From assembly GCA_040954595.2 (NCBI GenBank), contig CM082581.2:9837878-9901877 (forward strand): a stretch of DNA of 64,000 bases, given 5' to 3'. Every line of letters starts with the position of its first letter. Within the stretch, counting starts at the first letter, position 1. Under the pieces are notes generated by a model. It made no database searches. It was not told where the DNA came from and saw nothing but the letters and a program-made list of their open reading frames with translations. This document shows, piece after piece, positions 1 through 14,400 of this stretch. The position numbers and the translations under genes are program-made. The DNA comes from Balanoglossus misakiensis. Lineage: Eukaryota; Animalia; Hemichordata.

Positions 1-2703
1 TATGTATGTGTGTAATTTACACACTACTTGTCACATGCTAAAATAAGGTGTCACCAGTCTTAAATGGCCAGAAGTTTACTCCGCTTTATATATCAATTTA
101 CTCCAACGCCATACCCTATACTGCGCAGGAAATATCTCAAAAATTACAATATTCACCAAAAGAAAATATCAGCAAAAAAAACAACCCCCCACACAATCAG
201 TTAAAGTTTTGATAGCCAGTGACATTTTTGGAACACTGACAGGAAATAATGAAATACAACAACAATATGAAGGGAAGGTTATCATATATCGTAGTGCAGT
301 GACACAGGCATTTCCATCATTAGCTTTTAATTTTTAACTATTTTGAGTACAGCCTTATCTTAAATCTTACGGCATCTTTTATCGCTCCATGTTGGTATCT
401 GACTGGAGAAATTTATCGCTTCATTTAAACTCAAATCCTGTCATATACTGTTTAATTCTTTAAAATAAAACTTTACCTCGGCTTGCCAACTGTTAGTTTT
501 TTTTAGGTCAATATGGTGATAGAATACTTATGGGGCATTTTTCAGTGTGGCACTTTGGTGTATACTCTGCACATATATTATATGGTCCCTGGAAATACAA
601 GGTCAACACAAAATTAGCAAGCTGAATATGCAATGCTTCTATTCATATTCTTAAAATGGCTTCTGCAATGAAAAACAACAATAGATCTATGTGGGAAATT
701 GTCATCTATTTCAAGAAGCATTAGCTAGTGTGATATTTTTAGTTACATGGACTGAATTGAGACTATAACCGATGCTGCTCAGTTTATAAATAATGGCAGG
801 CCAGTTGAGACAAAGCAGTCAGTTTTGGCCAATTAATCATACAGGCTTTAATATCACACAACTCCAATCAGTCCTGCTATCATTTATGTAAATTACGAAG
901 TCGATATATAAATATATACATGCACACCAAAATTCCACAACATTTTTACTTTGAAGGACTTCAGTTAGTGGGCAATATTTGAAAAAAAAGTGAACACAAC
1001 TTTTATGGGGTCAGAATTTTGTTAGCCATACAGCTACACTGCCAATGTGGTAATGATTTGTATTCAATGTGTAGGTATTTTGCTTACATGACTCAACATG
1101 GTCTGCATAAATTATAGATGGGATTTTACTGGTTTAAACAAAAAGAAAAAAGAAATATTTCTCAATCAGCTTGTTGACAATAAATCTATTTATTGACATC
1201 TGAAAATCAAGAGTTAGTCTTTTGTGAATCTGCAAACTTAAAATGCATACTCATTAGCCTTTCCACTGACTATCTGCAGAATGCATTTTTCCATTATAAC
1301 AGAAATGTCACCAGAAAAATTGTGTGCAATATCAACTTGATAAATAAATCATATACACTAAAGCAAATAAAACCAGGGACCTGCTCCAATTTTTACGAGC
1401 CTCACTCGTGATGCTTTTAACTTATTTAAGTGGAACCTGTTAAGTTTGTACCACTATACCCAGACTATAAATTTCTTTCACTGCATCGCAAACAACATTT
1501 TTTTTGCATTTTTTTTTCAAGATTTTATTTTGTTTTATTTTATATGTTTGTTTTCTTTTTGGTGGAGAAACTCTGACAAAAGTTTGAACTGTTATAGATT
1601 TGTTTCATTCATGTGAATCTTAGGAGTTGATCATCTTTTATTCTGGTCTTTTGTGTGCCTATACCACTACTGAAAGGGGTAAAACTCTTTGCCAACAATT
1701 GTTCTTAATTGGAATAAGGCAGCTCTTCAAAAAGTTTTATATACAAATATTCAATTCTAATATTTGTTAAACTTTCACCGCATTTAAATATACTTGAACG
1801 ACAATCAGGCAATTCTTGGTACGGGAAATATAAGTCCTTCGCGGGAAGACAGGAAATCAATGTCCCACCAGCCTTGGAATATCTAATAGCGGGGCTATAA
1901 AGAGTCGATACAATGGAGAGCGTACAATCTACGGTTTTAGTCTTTTGTTGCGACACCCCGTCCGTCAGTGAATAAATATCCTCCCAAATATAACCCATCG
2001 CGGAGTGCCCCCGTTCTATAACGAGACGCGAAGCCCCGCTTTGGTCGAAAATACTCATGACATAACAGGTTCTTAATTATGTGGAGAGAGCAGCTACCGA
2101 TTAAAATCGTATCTATCCCCACTCACGCGGTGTCAATTTCTGTGAAGGAATTCTCACATTTGTTTGTTTTGAAATTTGTCGATTTCTAGGAGGATTGTAA
2201 ACTCCGATCCCGTCACCAGGGAATGCGGTAGTACGGCGCCGATATTAAATTTGAATATTTAATGGGAAAGGGCTACCTAAAATTTGGAATAAAACTTGTC
2301 TCGCCCAAGTGGGTCATTGAAAGCCCTATGAATATTGTATACGTTTTCGATTCGATCACTGCCCCACTCCCACTGGTCCCACCGCTGCTCCGCTCGGAAT
2401 CACTCGCGCCGAAATAAGAATATCAATATCTAAGCAGAAAAATTCGGTAAATTAGGTCGAGTTGTCCCCCAAAAGTAAAATTTACAAAATTTCAACTTTG
2501 CCTGGGGAGAAAATGGGACAAGAACGCGCTTTGAATAGAATGTGTTTTAATTTGTGCAGCGCCTTTTAGCGATCCACTGAGGTGTAAACAAACATAACCC
2601 AAGTTTTTTAAATATGCCGATACAGGAAATGTCGATTTCCGTCCGAATTTTAACACCAGACTTGCCCAAACATATGAAATTTATTAGAGAATATTCTCCA
2701 TAC

Positions 2704-3222
2704 CTCGCCATAGTACCCCGATCGCCCGTCCGGCGTGTCCTCGGGAAGGAAATATAATCTAGAACTCGATAAAAGTTGCCCATTATTTGACTTGTCTTCC
2801 CAGAGTAGCTGGATCTCGCATATACAAATAGGGTCTTCCACTGAACATCTCACGAAGAAAAATTCACCAAGCGATAATATTTTCCATTTCTCTTCGGCGT
2901 AATATTTGAAGCCTTTGTAGAAAATGTAAGGACCATGTTGGCCACACGGCGCACCGACCCACTGCAAGAAAACCATGTTATATTATTTTAAAGAGCCGAT
3001 CAGTGTGTAAGAAAATGTAGCAAATAAAACACGCCAGAACGACTTGAAAGGTCAAACCGTGATTGAGTAAATCATAAGTTGTACTCGGTTAAAAATAACA
3101 ACAAAAAAGCCCGCGAGAGAGATCGGAATAATCTACTCCGATTTGCAAATTGTTTTGGTAGATAATTCCGAAAAGTTGAAATATTTTGAGGTTGACAGTA
3201 CCTGTATCTCGTGTTGGTCCAT
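2704..3222 (-). CDS. ARID5B: ARID5B-like AT-rich interaction domain protein, first two coding exons (N-terminal BAH-like domain); later exons not found, probably left of the window
   Basis: Exon 3202-3222 encodes MDQHEIQ followed by a gtactg donor. Exon 2704-2961 (ttttcttgcag acceptor, gtatgg donor) encodes WVGAPCGQHGPYIFYKGF...LGEFFFVRC...ICEIQLLWED...SSSRLYFLPEDTPDGR, matching the recalled vertebrate ARID5B N-terminus (MEPNSLQ|WVGSPCGLHGPYIFYKAF...SSSKLYFLPEDTPQGR). Confidence 0.9.
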
Positions 3223-4101
3223 TGTAAATGTTCCGAATATAATCTGATAAAACGAGAGGGTGCATTCAATGCCTCTTGTTGATTCAAATCAGGTGACGTC
3301 ACGGTGTTAACATAATTACACACCTTATTAGCATACTTCATACATAATTCATAGCATACAGTTAACAGCATGCGTCAATCACTCCTCCAGAAAGTCAACA
3401 AGTGACTGAACTGCCGACACAGGATATCACGTTTTCACAATTTTATTTCAGTCGTAAAAAATATCTTGTTTATCTGGATTGATGCCGCGCTTGTAAAATG
3501 TGTAAACAAACAAAACGCGCTATACACATACATGTGTACTGAAGGATTATAATTTATTTTGTTAGAGTTTGTACATAAAGAGAACAACACATTTAAATAT
3601 TGATTGATTAATCCATTCTGACTTAAATTTATGTTCTGTAATTTGCATGTCTCTTCCGATATGCTCGCTGTACCATGGCATAGATGACCAATGAAATGTT
3701 ACAAACGAAATGCACATGGACCGCCGACGTAAATAAACAACCCCAGCCATTGTAATTTGTAGCCAGAATAAAGCTTGATAGATCCATCCACCAGGTGGTA
3801 CTCCTTCTGTATCAGAGAATATTCTTTACATATATTCAATATTTAGGAACGTTTATACGTAACTTCAATTTAGAATGTTACAACAATCAGTATGTTTTTA
3901 TTTCTTCCCCGTCGCGTCGTGTGTATTTTTAGAAGCGGAAATAGGAGTGTAACAACGAACCAACAAACATGCAGCTACTGGTAAACATGGCGACCTGCAG
4001 TATGTGACCCTTGCCCAGTTCCGTGTTAAGCTTTTAAAAATTAAATGCAAGAAGTGTCAACGCTTTGAAAAGTCGTGAAAGCAAACATTACAGGTATTCA
4101 A
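3223..4101. promoter_or_regulatory. Divergent promoter region between ARID5B-like and UBL-NTPDase genes, with a probable non-coding first exon on + ending at the gtaagt donor at 4102
   Basis: Head-to-head genes. CpG-containing segment with an ETS-like GCGGAA (~3935), a YY1-like AAACATGGCG (~3983) and a strong donor CAA|gtaagt at 4102. The next exon (acceptor ending 4790) holds a gccaccATG at 4800. Confidence 0.55.
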
Positions 4102-4799
4102 GTAAGTTATTTTCAATTTTGTACACGTTTTTTTTTCATTAAGTTTGACACCCATATGATAAGTTTTTCTTCTTCCGGAAATCAGTGTTCGCCGAGTTTG
4201 CAGACGACAGGTCGATGACAGCTACGGAAAAAAGTTCCCATGACAAGCACGGGTCGCCTTCCTGCGACACCAAAATCTGGCCAAATGAGTTTGAGGCACC
4301 ATAACTTTCAAATATGCCGTAATTTTCGTTCATAGCATCTGTAAAACCAATAATATAGACTTGAAACAGGGTCAACCTCCAGGTACGTACACAGTGTAGC
4401 GCCATCATGGCAGGACACGCCCACTAAACTTTGGAGAAAACGAAACTCGACGGACTTGTATGAAGTACTTTATAGTCATTTATTTTTAAATCGTTGAAAC
4501 AGAAAATGTTAATTGTTTTGGCCGTGATTTGTAATTATATCAAATGTCAAATTGAGTTTACTGTGTGCAAGAGTGGGATATTCTGTTGAGATATGGGGAG
4601 CGCATACGAGTGCATGTCAATTGCAGCTGAGTGCGTTTCCGTGATTATGAGTCATAGGAACGTACCGGTACGTCAGGATGTACCACATGACTATGATCAA
4701 CTGCGCGACACTATTACTACTTAAACATTAAAAGACATGCCAAAATTCATGCCTTACTATATGCTATACAATTTTCATCACTGATTTTAGGTTGCCACC

Positions 4800-5405
4800 A
4801 TGTTTATAACAGTGCACGCAGTGATCTATGGCAAAACCACGCGTGTTCCCGTTGAGGTGGAACCACAGGACAGCGTGGAGAGTCTCTTGAGAGCTTTCTG
4901 TGCACAGCAAGGTATGTCAGCTTTCATATCACACAATTCAAAGCCTACCAAAACTATTTTCACTGAATTTCACTTATACAGGTTTTGCACTTGAACTTTG
5001 AACATTAGCTGTAACTTCCACTTGTTCTATTCCCAAAGCACAGGTATGCCCACTATTCAGGTAGACAACCTTTATATGACATCATTATATTGTGTAGCTG
5101 GCACCGTTGCCATTGGCAACTTGGTTCAGCCCTCAAATCTACTGCATATCACACACATACATGTACATACAGCTTGGGTTTCTCTATATGCTCTAGGGGA
5201 GTATCACAAGAAAGTTTTACACAAGTAAAGAATTCAGCTACTATCATATGCTACAAACCTCTTATCATTTGTTTCATTGTAACAGGATACAGCTCAAATA
5301 TAAATTATGTGCTTAGAAATGAGAAAGAAGAGATTCTAGACCTTACAAGTAGTCTTGCATTGTGTGGTATTGAAGATCAAGACACTGTGTATCTTACTGA
5401 AGGAG
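4800..5405 (+). CDS. Ubiquitin-like domain exons (exons 1-2 of the NTPDase gene)
   Basis: MFITVHAVIYGKTTRVPVEVEPQDSVESLLRAFCAQQG|YSSNINYVLRNEKEEILDLTSSLALCGIEDQDTVYLTEG parallels ubiquitin ([46 protein letters not shown]). About 77 aa, perfect Kozak gccaccATG. Confidence 0.8.
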
Positions 5406-8400
5406 GTAATGTTTCACATTTTAAACTGAGCTGATAATATAAAATGGGTAGAAAGAGTAATGAAGTTGCCTGTTTGTGGGAAGTCTAGTTTCTAGCCAAA
5501 TTTACTCAACTTTGCTTCCAAAAACAAAGCAGACAAAATATGGCTAGATACTAGACTAGCTTGTGGGCCAATTGGTCCTGTTAAACTGTTGTGTTTTCCC
5601 TTGCCTTATCAATCTGTTAATTATTTTTCGTGTCCATTCAGAAGACCAAGGTAACCATTTTTCCACTCTATTCCCCAAACATCACTGCATCATTTCATTA
5701 TCGACATCAGTGCAAGGGCAACAACTCACTAAAAGTGATCAATGAAGTGTGTCCTCGACCAGTTGTGTATGACAGTCACTGACCTTTGGAAATTGTGATC
5801 CCAACTACACTTTTTCAGGAAAGGGTCCCAGACTGGTTAAAATGCAAAGAAAACCAACCCATTTACCAAACTCCTATCCCACTATTTTTGCATGTCATTT
5901 TGACAGCCACATTGATAACTGTTGGACTTGGGACACCCTCAACCCTTTCTACCATCATGGTTTGGTCCAAGTTCATCGTTTTCTGTTAGCAAAAGTTGGA
6001 CCTCTGTCAAGGAGAATGGGGTGTGAGGGTTTTGCATGTAAATCCATGTTGACCTTTGGATGTCAGGGTCAAGGGTTAGTTACCTCTCCTGTTTAGGTGT
6101 GTCATGAACAAGCTGGATGAGAGCAATGAACAAGGTGATAGTAGAAAGACGGTTCTCACATTGCAAGAAAACAGCAGCATGCTCCTGTAAATATAAACAC
6201 AGAAAAAGTTTTAGATTTATTAAAAACTTATGTGGATTTCACATACTCATACTGAGGCATAAGTAAAACAGCAGGATACTGAGCCATAAATAAAATGAGG
6301 GGGAGTCAATTGCACAAAATATCATTTACATATTAGTAATATTTGGAGTTTTAAACCATTCTTTCTTTTCATACTTAATTGTCATATTTAAAAAAAAATA
6401 CTTCCATACTTCCTTTTTTCTCCATACTTAATATCAACCAAAGTTTAATGTATAAACAGCTTAAATTTTACAATATAAGTTGATGTATCTTTGTATGTCG
6501 TTAGAAATCCATTAGTGCTGTAATTTCAAGGCCAGTGAAAGTGGGACGTTGGAATCTATCATGCCAGGAATTCCTTCCCATCCAGTGTTCTCTATTAATA
6601 AGGCCACTAACCAGTGAATCGATAACCGTTTTGTGTCAGTAGAATCTTTGACAGCTAGCTATATTCCCACAAATATGCAAGCATTCAATTATCGTTGCTT
6701 GTATTTTTCCTGACCTAGGTTGAAGAGATATCATTTCAAAATCATATGAATTTTAAAAAGTTTAAAAAATATGTGATATATGACAGGGGATATTAGTAAT
6801 TCTAGATATTAAAAAAAATATTTTTATGTATTATATATATAAATAATAGTGTTTAGTTTTCAAATACATACCGAGATATGACATACTATTTTTCAGTCAA
6901 TGTCGTACTCTTGATATAGGTCATGTGAGACTGTCATTATTGTCCTGATAAGTTATTCTGTTTTCTGTTTTCCTCATAGACAATCCAGAAGCATATGTTC
7001 CGCCACCCCAGATGCCACTCTCCTACAATCCATTCATGATTGTTGGCATGGTTTTGGTGACCACTGGAATCATCGGTATTGTGGTGGTGGTCGTCATACA
7101 GGAGGCAGTCCCTCTAGAAATGGAACATGGTGTGCGTATCATTTACTTCACTTTGACGTACCCTTACAGTTTTTCACATAGACTCAGGTTTTCTATTGCC
7201 GGCTGTTTAAAGGGACAATGCACAATCTCTTGATGTACTGTTGGTGTATACAATACATACTCTTAAAATATCTCACCCTTGGTTTTAATTAATGGCCCCT
7301 TTATTTTAATATTGGTTTTGATAGAAAAATCCACCAGTAAAACAAATGGCAATATATGTACTTTCAACTTTACTGATTGATCATACATCCTTAAAGGGGT
7401 ATTTTACGCTAGCCTGACAATGCAAACATGGCACTGTGGACCTGTTGCAGGATCTAGTTTCAGGATGGTATAAGGTTCAGATTTAGGAAAACTTGTCACG
7501 TTTTTCTGCAGACAGGTTTGACACGAATAGAAAACAATCCATCAAGACAAGGTTATCGTGTGACAGGATGCCATCAACATCGGGTGTATTAGCCTGTCTT
7601 GGCAGTCTTATTATTAATAAATTCACCACTTCAAGGCCCAAACCTATCACCAACCATCAAACAACTCTAAATTCTCTGAACTAGTGAACCCAGTGTATAT
7701 ATCCTGACAGAAATATTCCAGACAAACGTGTGTTTTTTTATCCTCTTCGTAAAATAATGCTGCGTGAAGTATTCAAGACATGCACACAATTTCAAAGATT
7801 GTGATTTATGATAATTTCTTTCAGTCAACCCCATACAGTCAACCTGAGATTTCTCGTACAAGGATAATAGCAACAACCACGTCAGTATGATATATTAGCA
7901 TTGAAAGGCACAACAGTGAATATAAATAAGAACTTCCTCATGAGAACACGGTTTACCAGATAACTTAAATATCAAATATCTTTGTGCAACAGTGGTACAT
8001 CATGAGTAAGATACTGTATAATTTTTGAGAAAAGAATTCAGAGGTTGAATTCTTCACATGCCTGAAAATTCTTTCTCTGTTGGACATTCCTGTAAAATCA
8101 AAGGTGGACAGATATGTTGTCACGCCATTGCTCACTATGTGGTAGCTTTGTCCACAAAATTGATATTATAGCTTAGATAGGGATATAGGCTTGCCTTTCC
8201 TATGATTTCCGATAGTCATTTCAGTGGAAATGTTTTGGTTTCATTCGAAGAGAAGGTTAATTAACTTCTTCCTGCCAAGCAAGTTTATTTCTTTACAATT
8301 TGATCATGCTGTCTGTAAAGAAGTGTGGATTATTTTTCTTTTTATCTGAATTCAAAATTTTGCAAATTTTACATAGAATTAGACAAGAAAAACAGAAAAG

Positions 8401-11400
8401 AAATCGGTAGTGAAACGTCTAATTTTATTTTTGACAACATTGAAATGAATGAAAATACTGGAAGTATGCAGAAAAATACATACTTACAATTTATGATTTG
8501 TTTCCACATTTGACAGTATGGACTGGTGTGGGATGCAGGCTCCACGCATTCAAAACTGCATATTTATGAATGGCCGGTCAACAAAGAGGACACTACAGCA
8601 TTGGTATCACAAGCTAATATGTGCAGAGCTGAGGGTAAGATACTCCCCCGTAATACCCCCCCCCCCCCACTCCAACCCAACCCACCTCACCCTACCACCT
8701 GCGCGATTGTGTCAAGACTGCGAAAAGGAAATGTTAGCAGCAGTATGATTTAAGACAAAATTATCAAAGGCAAACATGAAAAATTCTCTACCACTTGATT
8801 TTCAAAATGAATCATCACTGAAGCACAATCTAGAAATATTACTTTCTAATGTGACCTAACGTCAACAAACCTGTCCACCTCTGAATCCCCACACAATAGT
8901 ACAATACCCGCATTGTTTTCTATGGTTACATTAGACCATGTCACGGGAAGCTATTTTGGTGACGAGGTGAAGATGCCAACTGAGTCAGGTTGCACGAGTT
9001 TGTTTTGATACTCAAAGTCACATTGACATTGTAGAGAACTGCATCTGTACCTTTCACTTCAAAATGTCTTAGAAGTGTCTCAAGATTGATGTGGCTTTCA
9101 TCAAGCCTTTGCTGAGCTCCTTCACCAGTTTCTTAGAAACTACCGGCCCCACCACTAGTCGTGTACAACACTGCTTTGATTTGGGACAACACAGTTGGAG
9201 ACTTCCAATCATCACACAAGTTGAGAAGAAATACTAGTATACTGGTATATTTAAGTGAACTAATCGTTTGGTATTTTGCCATTAACTTTTGGTCCCAATG
9301 TGATTCAGCGAACACTAACTACTTGAATTTTTTTCCGGTCATGCGGGCATATTGAAACCTTTGGATGATTTATAATTATAGCAGTTATGAGTTGAAGGGG
9401 CATTCACTTCAAAGGCACATGACTGTCTGCCTGAGGCACATATTAACAGACTGCCCTTTTTATCTTCAAAAACATTTCTATACAAAAATTTACACATCAA
9501 TTGTAACACAGAGTGTTATGAAGAAAGGAAAAGAAAAGTAATTATGCCACAAATCTTTCAACATACATGTATTTCAATTTATGGATGGTTGAGGTCTTTT
9601 ATGCGGTAAAAACACAAGATACAGATCGATGTTTGATCTTACTCACCACTTGATGAATAATCAAAGCAACAAGCTAAAATCAATGAAAGAAAAATAGCCT
9701 GAACAGTGTAACAGCAACAAAGATCAATAGACATCAATATACAGGAACCAAAGACACATAGATTTTATTGTACACAGTCAAAAATTGACTGCCGTCTAAA
9801 CTTCTCCATCTATTATTATGTTTAATGCGTAGCTATTTCATAGCCATTATTATTTCTGTTCAAACCCTGCAAGAAATCCCCAAATTTGAATGTGCAATTT
9901 ATTTACAATTTTAACAAAACTAGCAACGTAGACAAATGGTTTACTGTTTCTAAATGTCATTTGAACAAAGTACATGTAATGACAACTTTATCTGTGTCTT
10001 ACGCAAACATTAACAACAGTTGACATTTTTTATTCTATGGTCACGTTTCATGAAGGACATTGACCACTGGTATCAAAGTGTAAATTAGCCTACAACCTTA
10101 GGATATTATATCAACATCATAGCTTAGATAACAGCTATTTTGGACAGTTTCCTGATAAGAATGTTGGAGAATATTATCTTTTTATATATTTGAGTGGTTT
10201 TGTTGGTTTTTGTGATTCATAGTGATTTGTTGAAGCACAAGATGAAAATAAACAAGCAAAATATATTGCAGAAAAAAATATTTGTCATAAAATTGTAAAA
10301 GAAGAGATTTAAAACGATCAGGGCACTTGATCAGTAAGATTTATTTATCAACTGGGAATATACATACTGAGTAAGATATTTATCTCTCCCAAGCTATGGT
10401 CATTAAAACAGTCATAAAAGTCAACAACTGCAGAACTATTGTACATTGTATAATGTACCCCATGATGAAACACTACGAGATTGTTTCAACAAAAGAAATT
10501 GAATATTTAAATAATGGCTTCAGTCAGAGAACAAATAGCAACTTGAGTTTTGGATATCAGGTTTTGTTGTTTGACTACCCTGGACTGAATTGAATTTTTT
10601 TTATTGTGGGCAATGATGGTTTAGTGTTTAGAAATACTTGAGATATGTGACATAGGATACCAGTGCACTTTTTCGGCAAGTGTTTTGAGACCAAGTAAAA
10701 ATATAAAAGAGCAGAAGGGTGTAGTGTTTGTTTTATCCTGAGTGATTTAAATAGGTTAATTGAAAAGTTAGGCAATTTCAATTGCATTGGCTAGTATGCA
10801 AGAATTGGGAGATGGCGAAATATGTGCCTGATAAGTATTCAACAAAGTATAATACTAAACTATATTTTTAATCAAAATTCATAGATAATTTTGTTAAATT
10901 AGTTCAGTCAAGGTTTTTGTTTTGTTTTACATAGATGTGAGATTTATATATTTGTTCTTGAACAAAAAGTTAATAAACACAAAACAGGTAGGATAAGTTT
11001 GTTTCACCAATACTAGTAAAAAAGACAGTACAAGCACCTCTGTAACTTTAGACACCATAGCAGAGAACCATAAACAAATTTCCATTCACTAAGTGTTCTG
11101 TAGAGTCAGCGAAATCTCAAAAATAACTCTTTGCTTGTGCCCAAACACTAAAGAAACACTGCAGATTAAATTGCCGACTGACTTTTTTATCGCCTTTGCA
11201 GTTTAAGTGTCATTCCCCAAGGTCGGGTTATTGCATTCATATCCAAGGGAAAGTAGACTGGAGGTGGCTATGTTTACCCTGGCCGTCATGCTGTAATAAA
11301 ACCCAGAGAACAAACTTCTGTGTAGGATTCATTGGGGTCCTTCAAGAAAGAAGTTTTGAACCTTCCACTACAATACTTGCTAACTTATTCATAATATTTT

Positions 11401-14400
11401 GGCATTGCCTCTCTCTGATTTCAGCAAATTTCCAGTCAGTTGTTATTGATTGCTGTTTGGTAATTTTTTTTTACACTTTTCCTATAATTTCAAACTTGAG
11501 CCTCTCTGAGAGAAAACTGAAAAATGATCACAGTCATGACCTTACAATCGTGACCCAAAGATATCAGCTCTATTAAACCCTATCACCAGCAAACCAATAG
11601 CTCAAGGCCATATTTAATATCAAGTCAATTGTGATTATCCTGTCTGTTTTAGTCTGTGATAACCTTAGCCCTCGGCCATATGGTGATATTTCTGATACCA
11701 TCATGACATTAATCACATTCTGTGGTTTTGACCCTCGATGATAAAGTTTGAAATAAACCTATGTGTTAAATTCTGAGAAATATGCAGAATAACACTACCG
11801 GCATCTCAATGATGCAAACATTTGTAAAGCCTTGTCAACAACTCCTTAAAAGTTAATACCCCATTGCGTTGTTTACATGATAGAGGGCCTGGTGTGTGTC
11901 TCCTGTGATGCAATCCTATCACGATGCAAAGTAAACCAACAACCCCAGAAAAATGAGATCCTTATTCAAATTTTCACGTTTGCCTCTTTGTGATTCTTGC
12001 ATGTGTCTACATGTCCATACTTTCTAATAGCATTAGTCATTTCCCAACCCAGTCTTGCAATGTTACATCATTGAGAATTAAATGTGATGTGTGCGTACCC
12101 TTTCTGAGGAAGTCTGGTGGCATGGTTTCATTTACATAATTGTTGATTTCATAGAATTAATTTAACTATTTATACATCATTTAAAATACTATTTCCTGTT
12201 CCCATTACACTAATAATGACAGCATTTATTGATCATTTATTCATTAGGCGTTGTTTGTGTGTAAAGCACCAGCATATTAACCAGTAGAGTTTCTGGGTGG
12301 CTTTTATTCTAAGACAATAGACAGTCAAAGTTCATTAGACAGGTGCCTGACACCATATATTATGTAACCCTTTGGAAACCAATACCTAATGAAGCATTTG
12401 CTACAAGTAATAATATATTTTTGAATGACTTGAAACTTCCAATAAGAATGCCAAACTTTAATTTAAAAAATGGAATTTATTTTTTAATTTCCAGATTTTT
12501 TAAATGTCTTTGCAGATGATATGGATATGTTGAAAGTATTACAGTGTGTGTGGTCTGAATTTGTTTGCAAAGAACATTTTTAGGTTTCCATACTGTATTT
12601 CCTGTGTTTGTGCAAATATAATTGAAAACAGAAATAGCATGAGTGGGTTCAGTTTTAATGGTAACACTTTTTATAGGCCAATAAAATAATACATTTTATT
12701 TCAATCATGATAGACATGTATTGTTTTTGTAAGGCTTCAATAATGGGACATGGTTGAACATGCTGAGGTAATAAATTTTAGTTTTGCTCAGAATTTAAAA
12801 AAACATGGTTGTGACCAATTGTTTTTAATTAACCAGCAGCATAGATGCCTTTGAAATATCCAGCTCTCACAAGTTTAAATTTGGTCATTTTGATTCTAAT
12901 CCAGTGTAGTTTGTAGTATTTTATGCCACGATGTGAAAGTATAGAAATGTGTGACAGTGAAGTGCAGCAGATGTTTGCTGTCAAGTGTATGCTGTTCACA
13001 CAATACAAGTCCTAGTGTCAACAAGCCATCTTGCATTGTCTTGGGATACCTCATACATAAACATGAGCTGGTGGATGGACCAAACCATTTAGTTATGGGT
13101 GTACTATAGCCACAGTGGGACCACTTTATATAAATTCATGTTTTTGTTTGCTTATATATTTTGAAGGATAATGTCATATTGTTGGTTCAAATTATCTGGA
13201 GCGTAAATGTATTATTTCTGTATTAAAAAATGAATGTGTGATTTATATGTTAAGTACTACAGTACAGAGAAAGCTAATAGCATTCATAGAATGAAAACGA
13301 CATGACTTATAAATTTAAATACAATGGGAACATTTATGCTTTTTCCTGTAGCTTGGTAGAAATTCCTAATCCTGAAATATCTTTGATTGCCAGTATTCAA
13401 ATATAACGGACAGTTTTGCGTCTTTATGTATTCTGGTTTTTATTTCTTCTCAATTCAACAAGATCGATTGGCTGTTGAAACATTGCATCACTGGCCAACT
13501 GTTGCACTTCATCTGTGAGGCTGTCCCACCCGATAAAAATGGTTTGTGCCATTCAGAGTAATTATTTGGAGCCAGTGTATTGGAATGTATGGGAAAATGA
13601 GAGTCCCTTATGTAAATTGATGATCCCAAGGTTTTTTCCACTGATTTAAGTATGCAAATTGCCTCAAACAATCATCTTAATTACAATTATCAGTTGTACG
13701 CATAACTAGGCAATATGTATTGCCCGTTGGCCATGGCCATCTTCAGGATTTCACAACTCAATATGGAACATTTAATTCCGACATTAGTTTAGCTCCCACT
13801 GATTGTTAAGAAAAGTTTGACATGAATATTTAATCTGGTATTGTTGAATAACTTGCCTGAGTGAATTCTCTGAGGCAAAAATGGCCAGTTCACTTTAAAT
13901 TTGACACACCAGAATTTTGCTGAATAATTATAAATAAGTGACGATATTACATTTGTAGATTTGACAATTAGAAAAATTCCCCATGTTGTTGCATACATTC
14001 TATCAGTTGACCCCTTGGCTGTGCATATTTAAGAATTTTTTTTTACACTGTATCATTGTTCACAGAGGCAAGACGGAATTCTCAGATAAATATGAAGTGT
14101 AATCGAATTAATGATGCATGAAATACGTTGTAACGACAACATGTATAGTGTGGGAACAGCATAATATCACAATCATGTCAAATTGCTCAGCTGGGAATAA
14201 ACTCCACCAGATTTTGTCTGGGTTCGGTTTCAGGTTTTTTTTCTCAAATACTCTATAGATAAATTTGATTGATACCCAGAAAGGGACAGTAAACCGATTG
14301 TAAACATCCAGCCTGAACTCAACAATATATATTTCAGAATTTCCAGCTACTCTTTTTTTTCAAATTAAAATTTTTCTCACTGAGATTGACATCCATTTTT

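Noticed and set aside
4139-4408. ORF starting MMALHC followed by gtacgt as an alternative ARID5 first exon
   Set aside because: MDQHEIQ at 3202-3222 matches the length and terminal Q of the vertebrate first exon and avoids overlap with the + strand gene.
5399-5407. Genomic EGG di-glycine at the end of the UBL
   Set aside because: The second Gly codon is split by the donor, and the spliced product reads EGD.
7012-7233. Intron read-through ends in a CaaX-like CTIS, reminiscent of membrane-anchored ubiquitin-fold proteins
   Set aside because: It would lie on the luminal side after the TM helix and needs intron retention, so it is probably coincidence.
8259-8422. Possible degenerate TTAA-type MITE
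   Set aside because: The terminal repeats are too diverged to support without a repeat library.
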